A stretch of DNA of 64,000 bases from the human T2T-CHM13v2.0 reference genome, Homo sapiens, in assembly GCA_009914755.4 (NCBI GenBank), contig CP068257.2:40608001-40672000 (forward strand), read 5' to 3'. The position numbers and the translations under genes are program-made. Shown piece after piece: positions 53,787 through 64,000 of the stretch. Within the stretch, counting starts at the first letter, position 1, and each line of letters opens with the position of its first letter. The notes beneath the pieces were generated by a model. That model saw only the letters and a program-made list of their open reading frames with translations, was not told where the DNA came from and searched no databases.

Positions 53787-54755
53787 GTTTGGCGACCATT
53801 GTGTCCAATGTCATCCATTTGGGAATGATTAGAAAACTTAGAATCTTTAGAAGTGTTTAGAAAATGCTCTGTTAAAGTCAGTTATTTTCATGTCTGATTG
53901 GTTTTATTTACTAACTTTGGCAAATAGTAATAATAGTAATAATTTCATTTACTGAAAAAATGGCAAATATCACCCTTTTCCTTAGAGCTTCTGAATTACA
54001 CCTTAATGCCAGAAATTGGGGTTTGAAAAAACCTCACTTATGGCAAATTCCTGCCTGTGACAGTCACATCTAAAGGTTGAAGTTGAATCCTCAGAGTGAG
54101 GCAGGGCCAGAGAGGAGTGGAGTATTCTTGCAGGGGTGGCTGTTTCTCAGATCATCAATACACCCACAGCTCCTGGCAGCCTGTGTGGGTGCTTGGCATC
54201 TCGGAGCTGCAGAGGCCACTCAGGATGGGGCCTTCAGACCTGGGGATCCAGGGGAAGCCAGTTGACCCCAGCCTGTGCCTGGAGGAGAGAAGAGACCCGG
54301 CCGCAGGCCCACAGTCATAGTAACAAGCTGAGTAAAGTTGGAAGCTAGACATGCTTTCATTAGTCTCCGTAGATTCGCCTCTGTTTTATTCCCCATAACG
54401 TCTAGGAGGTAGGGCTAGAGAGACTGGATCCTTAGAAGCACAGTGTGTAGACTGCCTGTGGCATGCACCAGCTCCCGGGCTGCACTGATGCTCCCAGAAC
54501 GGCAGGCAGCAGAGGCGCACAGTAGGTCTGCAGTGAGCCGATGAACCAGCCAGTGAATGAGTGTGCCTGGTGAGGCCGTGCCTGCCTTGCATGAGCACCT
54601 GGGAGGCTCTCAGCCTGCTCAGCAGAGAGAATTCTCCCTGGTGGAGAAGGGCCATCCACTCGGCTGAGCTGGTCCGGGCCCCAGGCCCCTCTCTGCTCCT
54701 TCCCAGGCCTGAAGTCTGCAGAGGTCCGGCCTTTGGGCAGTTGGGTGTAGCCTGA

Positions 54756-55502
<747 letters not shown>

Positions 55503-56200
55503 TGAGTTTAATGGACCTTGTTTGGCAGGGTTGGGGTCAAGTTTCTGAGAAGGTTATTAACCCGGCTGGCTTGGGTGATCCTCTCCAGGGCAGCCACCAT
55601 ACTATTTCTCCTGCAGGCCAGTGCTTGGGATTCTCCTTCCTGTCAGCTATCCTTGAGTCTTTCCGTGTCTTTGGCCCAAGCACCCACTCGCCTGGTGCCT
55701 TGGTCAGGATACCAAGGGTCTATTCCTCTGACTCACCTGCCTCCCAGGTGGGAAAATGAAACCAGCAGTGGCCGAGCATCTCCTGGGTCCCAGGCCCTGA
55801 GCACATAGCTCTACACACACCAGATATGTCATCCCAAAAAAGTGGGTGGGAAATGGAGCTTCCCCCAGTGAAGCCAGGAGCCCAGGGTCACACGGCTGCT
55901 GATGGCCACACGTGGCCAGGGCTGTCTGTCTCCAAAGGCGCACCTTTAACTGCCAGCTCAGCTTCCCTGCCGTGCACCTGCTTTATCCTCACAGCCTCAG
56001 TGTCCTCATCTGCAAGACCGTATGGGGTTGGTGTAAATATTGAAAGGGAAAATACAGGGAAGGTGGGGTAGAATTCTGACATGCAGTTGGTGCCTAATCA
56101 ATTCAACTTGGTCACTGTTTCTTTTCACTCCTAGTAAGCCTCCCCACAGTATCTTCACTTATGTCCTCTGTGGATAAATCCAGTATTTGGGGAAGTTTAA

Positions 56201-56627
<427 letters not shown>

Positions 56628-58446
56628 CAGGGGCCATTTTTTTTTTTAAAGGCCCAACTCATGGCGACTGAAACCACACAGACCTAACTGTGAGCAGAGG
56701 CAACCACCAGAATCCTCCCATTAAGAGGAGATTGAAAATCAGTGTGCAGCTCCAGTTGCCAGTCATGGCTGGCTTTATGTGGGGGACTGTTTATATTTCT
56801 GCTTCCTCCTTGTTCGCTGCAAAAGAAGAGTCCCCAGGCTTCATGTCTCTCCTGGCACCCTAGGGGGCATCCTCAGCTTGATCTGCTCTGTGCTTTGGTC
56901 AGTAGATGGGGGTTCGCCTTGGTTTTCCACCTGGAGAGACCCTGACTTGGGTTGGGCAAAGCTTCTTCCCCATGGTGTCTGAGAGTGGCACGTGAAGGGC
57001 AGTGCCAAGGGGTTCTTAGCTCAGCAAAGAGAAGCAGGTTACGTTTGCAGACACATGATCTGCTCCCTAAACTTCTTTGTGGGGAAACAGAAGCAGGAAC
57101 CTGTGGGGCTGTTCCCATTCGTGTTCCCTGGTCCTGCGTGTTCTGTGGGTAAGCAGACGCCATTCCCCTGGGCCCAGCATCCCTGGGCGGTGTGTGCCCC
57201 ATGGAGCCCTGACTGCTGATCTGGCCTCCAAATGGATGTTCAGATGGGGCGCAGAGGACCTCTGAGGAGTTGGCGAACAGATGCTGCAAAGCAGTCGTGA
57301 AGTTTTTCTTGACCCTAATGTTCACTGTTCCATGTATGCCCTAAGTGCAAACTCCATGCACACCCTCTTGATTCCTGAACAGCTCCTGCGTCTTGGGTAG
57401 CCCGAGTTTGACTTCTCAGTAAGTTCTTGAGTGAACCCCATGGCCACATGCTCGAGACCCTTCACTGGGACCGCAGCTCAATGGCTGCATTCTCCACAGA
57501 TGCGACTAGGGACTCCTGCTGTCCTCTCCCAACCTCGCCACCGAACCTGCTGTGAAATGATCTATTTTCACAATCAAATTCAGTTCGATTTTGATTCTGA
57601 GAATTTCATGAGGCCCTGGAGAAATACTCTGAGGCTATGGTACATGTTACCACTCAAGGTCCTGTCTCACACGGAGGAGATATTGGCCGCCCGTTGCGGA
57701 GTCCGGATCCCACATCAGACACAGTTGTGCATGTTTATGCTTTTCATCCTTGCAGCCAGGCAGACTGAGAAATGGCAGGCAGTGTCACATGGCAGGAGCG
57801 TGGGCCTGACCCTGTCCAGCTCTGGGGCCTGAGACCTCTTTGCCCCACACCCCGCCCCCCTCCCCGCCACCGCCCTGCATCTCACCCTCTCCTCTGATCC
57901 TCACAGCAACTTCTCTAGCTAATGAGGTGGACAGAGCTTAACCTCACCATTGTGCCAGTGAGGAAATGGAGGTTGCACGTTTGCCCAAGGCCACGGGAGG
58001 CAGGAGGGTGGAAGCAAGGCCCGTCCTGTGCATGGTGATCTACTCTGGGTTTTCCCAAGCAGGGCCAGGAGCCCAGTGCTGTGTTAGCAAACGGGATCTC
58101 AAAAAACACAACAACAACAAAACGCGGCATCCTGACGTGTCGCCCTCGTAAATTCCTGTGCTGTAAAGACTCTCCTGTGGATAAGTTCAAGCCTCAGCAG
58201 TTTAACAGGCGGTTTGTGGAATTCCTAACTCGCACCACTGGTTCCGCCCAGGCTGGTCGCCAAGCCCCTGATGCCTGGGGCTTTCTTACCTCTAAATGGC
58301 CCACATCTGACTTCTCTCCTGGGTACAGCAGAGAATTCAACTGAGATAGCAGGAAGCATCGCACATGGACTGCTCTCCTGCCATCCTACCATTGTTAAAG
58401 CAGGGGCATCGGAAGCCAAGAACTCCTTGGGTTTTCCATGATGATC

Positions 58447-58676
58447 AGCTAGCTGCACGGTGGCTAGTGGCACCGTGGCTAGCTGCATGGTGGCTAGTTG
58501 CACCGTGGCTAGTGGCCTTATGCCTAGCTGCACTGTGGATAGCTGCACCGTGACTAGTGGCACCGTGGCTAGCTGCACCGTGGCTAGCGGCATTGTGGCT
58601 AGCTGCACTGTGGGTAGCTGCACCGTGGCTAGTGGCACTGTGGCTAGCTGCATCTTGGCTAGCTGCACCGTGGCCT
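58447..58676. repeat. ABCG1: Minisatellite of about 15 copies of a 15-bp unit (TGGCTAGCTGCACCG / TGGCTAGTGGCACCG), ending about 75 bp upstream of the exon-5 acceptor
   Basis: agctagctgcacggtggctagtggcaccgtggctagctgcatggtggctagttgcaccgtggctagtggccttatgcctagctgcactgtggatagctgcaccgtgactagtggcaccgtggctagctgcaccgtggctagcggcattgtggctagctgcactgtgggtagctgcaccgtggctagtggcactgtggctagctgcatcttggctagctgcaccgtggcctgcag. Confidence 0.95.
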
Positions 58677-58751
58677 GCAGTGCGGGCATGAGGCTCACAC
58701 TGCCAGTGGCCGTCTGTTCTGCTTCCACACTGTTGTCCTTGTCCCCTGCAG

Positions 58752-58802
58752 GTGTCGGCACATCTGAAGCTTCAGGAGAAGGATGAAGGCAGAAGGGAAA
58801 TG
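58752..58802 (+). CDS. ABCG1: ABCG1 coding exon 5 (VSAHLKLQEKDEGRREM). A 51-nt exon, in phase at both ends
   Basis: Acceptor tccttgtcccctgcag|GTGTCGGCA and donor GGGAAATG|gtaagt. It continues the frame from exon 4 (…QEAMM|VSAHLKLQ…). The next exon (VKEILTALGLL…) is not in the window. Confidence 0.9.
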
Positions 58803-61800
58803 GTAAGTGGGTTGTTTGGTGCCCACAAGTGGTCCAGAAAGTGCATGACGTGCATGTGGAAGGTGTGCCTGCCGGGGCATTTTGGCATTGGCTTTTGTTT
58901 GTTGATTTGTTTTTGCCTTGCCTTCCGTGTGTGGGACAGGCAACATTTCAGGGAGTGCTGTGGCCTGCAGCAGCCAGAGGCCAAGAAAGGCAGATCTGGT
59001 GCACACGCTCATGGCTTTGATTCTCAGATTCAGGAGTCGGAATGTAATGTGAGGGACAACAGACTTGGCACTCATGGGGCCAGAAGATGCCAGCTTCAGG
59101 GTTAGACCAAGAGTGCTGCCCTTTTAGTGTTTAATATGATCGATATTAAATTTTTTATAAGACAATAACAATGAAGATGGTTAGTCATTCGTTTAAAAAT
59201 AACCACCCTCCATCCACCTACACTTGCAAGAAGAAATTTAGTTCTTACATGTTATTAACCGGCCTCTTAAAAAAGAAAATAAATACGTTTCCAGGATGAT
59301 GAAGACTTTCTAATCCCTTTAGCCATTTTTTTTTTGGCTTCCTAAACCCAGGGAGCAGGGACAGATGCAGGTGGGCAGAGCCAGGGGGAGCAGCAGAAAG
59401 CCACACAGAGGAAGGAGGCCACCAGCCTGGACTCACACACCCTCCACGGGAAACCCACTGTCCTCCTCTCCACTGCAGCTAGTGCTGGTGGGATTTTCAG
59501 TGTGAGATGGAATTTGGGGAAACCCCCCTTCTATAAGATTATCTTTCTCTCCTAACACCCTTAAAGGCTCACAGTCTGGCAGCAGCTGAGAGTGGGGTTT
59601 GCCGGGTTAGTGCCAATGGCTCGACATGGCCCTTTGTGTTCTGGTATAAAATGAAGTGATTGATGGGACAGAGTCAAACATACTGAGGAACAGTCATAGC
59701 AATTCTATTTCCGGCATTTCCCCCTCTCCGGTCATCTGTAATAGCTAATATTAAGTAAATGTAAACCACTTTGGTATGGAAAAAAAGAGTTGGACAACCT
59801 TAATGCTCCTCCTCCCCCATCAACTGTGCCCTTCAAAACTCAGGATTCAGCCCGTGTCACCGGGGCTGGGGGGTGAAATGCCCGGTGCAGGTGGAAAGAG
59901 CCTAATGTCTGAGAGAAGGAAAATGACTCTTTGTTGCTACAGAAAATGTTCTGTGTGGAATTCTTTTATTCTGAGATTGAAAAGAAAATGGATGAGTAGA
60001 ACCCAAAAGAGAGAAAATGTGGAAATCACATGTGTTCCTGGCCCTTCATGGGGGCAGAAGACCCAGCCTTGTGAGTTTATTGTCTAGGCTGAAAGGCGAG
60101 AGCCCCCTCTGGATAGTGTTTTCTAAACAATGTAACGTAGACACCCCCCCACAACACACACACCACCTCCCAAGCCCGAGAATGTTACTTATACCAAGTT
60201 ATGGAAGATGAGTGTTATGGCCTGAATTCCCCCCAAAAGATGATATGTTAAAGCCTACGCCCCAGAAACCCAGAATTGGCTGTATTTGAAGATCGGGTCT
60301 TTACAGAAGTAATGAAGTTAAAATGGGGTCATATGGGTGGGCCTCAGTCCAGTCTAACTGTGTCCCTGTAAGAAGAGGAGAGGAGGACCCAGACACACCA
60401 AGGGATGGCCCCGTGAGGACACAGGGAGGAGGCGGCATCTGCCAGCCCAGGAGAGGGGCCTCAGGAACCAACCCTGCTGCCCTCGATCTCAGACTTTGGC
60501 CTCCAGAATTGAGGCGGGAGTTTCTGTTGTGGAAACCAGCCAGTGTGGGGGACTTCGTTACGGCAGTGAACGTAACAAACGAGAGCCTTAGTTCCAGGCA
60601 CACAGAAGAACATGGAGAAAAGCAGGTGTCAGAGCTGAGTCTCGGCGAAGTCTCCCATGGGAGATGAACCCAAATCAACAGAACGGGGCCCTGGGATTGA
60701 GCCAGGGCGACCTTCACTCTCCCTGTCTGAGGTCAGTTTTGCCACCCCCCAGTCCTGGGCCCTCCTTGCCATCAGCTACAGGACAAGAGGAGAGGCCGGC
60801 AAGAGTGTGCAGGGCCCCCATGAAGCAGAGGCTTTTCCACCCAGAGACTCAAGAAGCTGCTCCTCCCGAAGCCTGGATGCAGTGCCCCTGGATCCGCCTT
60901 TCAGGGCCCTCCTTCCCATCCCCCGGCCTCCCTGCTTTCATGGGGTGTCGGAAGCACAATCCAATCTCTTTGTCTCGGATAGCCCTCCATCGAGGTCCCA
61001 AAGACCCCTCCAGATGCTGGCCTGCAAGCTGAGGGGCGGCTGTGGGGGCTCCAAGGAGAGACGGTGGAAGTGGTCACTGATACTCGGCGTGGAGGAGGAG
61101 CCAAGAGCTCTGGAGAGGGAGGCGCTGGAGAGAGGGAATTCTGTCTCTCTGACCCAAAATAAGGCCCAAGGACAGAGCAAACGGTGGAGAGGGTCTCGGG
61201 GATCACCGGAGGCCGGGGGAGCAGACGCAGGAGGCGGAGGGCGGAGAGACTTGCTAACACGGAGAGGCCCTGTGGTGAAGTAGAGCTGAGCACACGGGGG
61301 AGCCCTCCATCCTGGCCTCCTGGAACCCACCGGATGGCCTTGGGCCACTGCCTGCTGTGCCCCGAGCCGAGCTTCACCTGTAACGTGGGGACAGGAAGCC
61401 AGGCCCCACCTGCCTTTTGGGGCAGTGCAACCTGAACTGGATGGTTTCTTTAAGGTCTCTGAGCTCGATGGAGCCCATGTGATCCATATGGGAGGGGCTG
61501 TGGGATTGCTTCCCTGCAGCATAAGGCGACAGCCACCAGCCTTTTCCGGGGTAGCTGGTGAAAGTCGCTCTCCCCATGGGCTGGGCGCACAGTGAGTGCT
61601 GCTCAGCAGGCTCCGTGCTGAAGTCACAGCAAGCCAGGCCCTTGGCCTGCCGGAGCTGGAAGACCCAGAACAAGCTGGCATCTTGGTGGAGAATGGAGGC
61701 GCCTCCCAGGAGTAGCTACACGGGACCCGAAGGCAGATGGCACCCATAGGTGTGTGTCCTCGTGGTGCCTGGGCCCTGCCTAAGACACGGCCCGGATGAG

Positions 61801-64000
61801 AGCCTCCAGCTATTTTCAACTGGGTTTACAAGGGCAAAAATATCAGCTCATGTGGCTGAATCATCCCTGAGGGGTGAGCCCCTGGCGCCGTCCTCAGATT
61901 CCTCTTCGGCTGGATTGAACAATGCAGAGAGCCCTCCCCACAGGACCTGGAGGCCACGCTGCGTCCTGCACATGCTCCTCACCAGCAGACCCAGCTGTTC
62001 CTCAGCCATGGCACAGGTGCATGCCTCGCCATCGGGCCCACCATCAGGATTGCTTCAGGAGAACAGGGCAGCAACTTTGTGCCTTCACTCACTTCCCTCC
62101 AACCCCCGATGTGCACCTAGGTCAAAGTTCTCTCTCTGTCTCATGGAAACACAATGGGATGGAATGTTCTAGAAGATCATGGAATTTTTGCTGTGTTGTT
62201 CACGGCCTTCCTTAATTCCCAGCAAAGCAGCCTCAGCCCTCCAGAGCCCTCCAGCAAGGCCACTTCCTCAGGAGTGAGGTCTCCAGGGGCAGCCTGGGCT
62301 GCCGAGATCCTCCCTGGAGCGCCCGCCGGGAAGCCCCAGAGGGGCTGGAGCTACAAGTGGCCTTGCAGGTTTTTTGTTTGTTTGTTTAGGGAAAATGTAT
62401 AAATAACTGAGATCATTGTTTGTTCTTTCTGACTAGTCTTTAAAACAGAACCCTTCTGGGTGGCATCACTCCTGAGCGGACACTGGAGAAAGTGGGGTGG
62501 GCCCAGCTCATGGGCAGGGGTGCGGAGGGAAAGGCACCCACAGCGGCCTCCGCTTCCAGCATCCCCTCCGTGAGGGTGGAGGGAGAGAAGAAGATGTGCC
62601 GCATGTGTGGGGCCCCCACAGTGAGCCTGGAAGCACCAGAGCCACTCAGTCGGTCAAGAGCGTCGCCCAGTGGTTCCAGAAGATCTGGAGGCCTCGTCCT
62701 GGGAAGACCAGCAGTCGATGCCAGCTGGGAAGAGGGCTCTGCCCACCTTGCACGCCCCCCACCCACCAGCCTTTTCCAGACAGCCTTCCAGAAGCTGTTT
62801 CTGGGTTGGCGGCCCTCAGAGCCAGGCATCCAGCAGAGGCACCAGGGCTGGGGTGAGGGCATCAGCAAGGAGGTTCAGGACAGGGCTGGAGCCCAGGTCG
62901 GCTGACCCTGTACTGCCACCTGCCCTGGCCTGTCCAGCAGCCGTGCCCCGGTTCTTTCTGTCACCAAAGCTGCACTTTGTACCGACTGTGCATAAATAAT
63001 TCAGAAGCTCAGAGTGGAAATTTTCTTCCTCGTGAGTTTTTCCTCCCTTCAGATGACTTCATCTCCCTAGAGGAGCCGCTGGAGTAGGGTCCGCTTGCTA
63101 TGGCTCCCAGGGGCCGGCCACCACAGGGCTGCCCTGGCAGGGTGGGGACAATAGCTGGGTGAATGCTGGAGGGAGCTCCAGGTGGGCTGTCCCCAGGGTA
63201 GGGAGGCAGGGATGGCAGTGGCTGACCCAGGGCCTGCTTCTGAGATGATGCTGGGGCTGAAAGCAGCACCAAGCCAGCACAGAAATCTGCTGACCTTCGT
63301 GTTCCCTGAGTCGATACAGGATCAATAATCCGGAGCAGACAGGGAGGGCTCCGTGCGCAGTGCCCTGCTTGTTCCTGGCGTGCAGCCTGCTTCCCAGAGC
63401 CTGTGCCGTGGTGTGGCTACCGTGGGTCATGACTGCTTTGAGGGGTACTGCAGATCTGTTTCGTTGCCTTCCTGGCACCTCAGAGACCTTGCTTTCAAGT
63501 CAAACCTATTTACAAGAACAAAAGTGACTCTGTCCCCCTCCCCGAGAGCCCTGGTGTGTGTGACCGTGTTCCTGCCCTTAATGCCTACCTCAGCGATGAC
63601 AAGAGTGCTGGGAACAGCCCCCACGGACTCCATGCTGCTCTGTGCACTCTGCATCCACTCTTTCAAGTAACCATCACAGCGACCCTCCCCTTCGTTCTGG
63701 GCAGAAACCACCAGAAATTGTGCGTCCTCTCATGTGTCCATTCATCAAGTATTGACTGGACACCTTCTCCGTATGGGGCACTGGGCTAGGCTTAGCAGTG
63801 AGGAACGTGCCCTGGGCACCTGCCAGAGGCCATATGACTGATGAGGATGCAGGCCCTTGTATCTGACCCCAGCACTGTTGCACAGCCTCTGGGCAGTGCA
63901 GAGCCTCTGGGCAGTCTCTGTCCCTCATCAGGACGGCTGATGTGGAAATGGCACCTGCCCCACTTGGCACTGGGCAGCCTGGAGTGGGTTCGACTTGCGT

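Noticed and set aside
60938-61819. 293-aa minus-strand ORF (and the 208-aa + ORF at 60657-61283) in intron 5
   Set aside because: Pro/Ser/Gly/Arg-rich low-complexity translation of GC-rich intron sequence. I see no recognisable domain, no splice signals and no homology. It is the longest of many such chance ORFs in the track.

Overview
This window is human (primate) genomic DNA. At least 15 Alu SINEs, a THE1-type MaLR solo LTR and an old L1 3' fragment make that clear. No prokaryotic-style system such as an operon, CRISPR array or defence island is present. The only gene I can support is the 5' part of ABCG1, an ATP-binding cassette half-transporter on chr21q22.3. Five + strand coding exons with canonical GT/AG borders splice into a continuous frame. 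That frame begins [29 protein letters not shown]...[106 protein letters not shown], includes the Walker A motif, and is a sequence I recognise. Exon 1 lies in a TATA-less CpG-island promoter that carries a CCAAT box, a GC box and a (GCC)n repeat just upstream of the ATG. The introns are 6.4 kb and 45 kb, and the 45 kb one is where most of the unusual features sit. A second, intragenic CpG island at about 16.8-17.4 kb carries CCAAT, octamer and Sp1 motifs and embeds an ABCA1-type DR4 element. A perfect DR4 (TGACCTagacTGACCT) lies 430 bp downstream of exon 2, and another ABCA1-like DR4 lies in intron 1. There is a dense cluster of three perfect AGGTCA half-sites at about 44.6 kb. There are several minisatellites: an 11-bp unit over about 820 bp, a 15-bp unit about 75 bp upstream of the exon-5 acceptor, and a 36-bp unit in three copies. 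There are also long polypyrimidine and polypurine tracts, GT/GC Z-DNA-type repeats, a roughly 257-bp local duplication 4.6 kb apart, and inverted Alu pairs flanking exons 3-4. Apart from the fragments that overlap the five real exons, the ORFs in the supplied track are spurious: GC-rich or low-complexity reading frames in introns, the CpG islands and repeats, or antisense to real exons.
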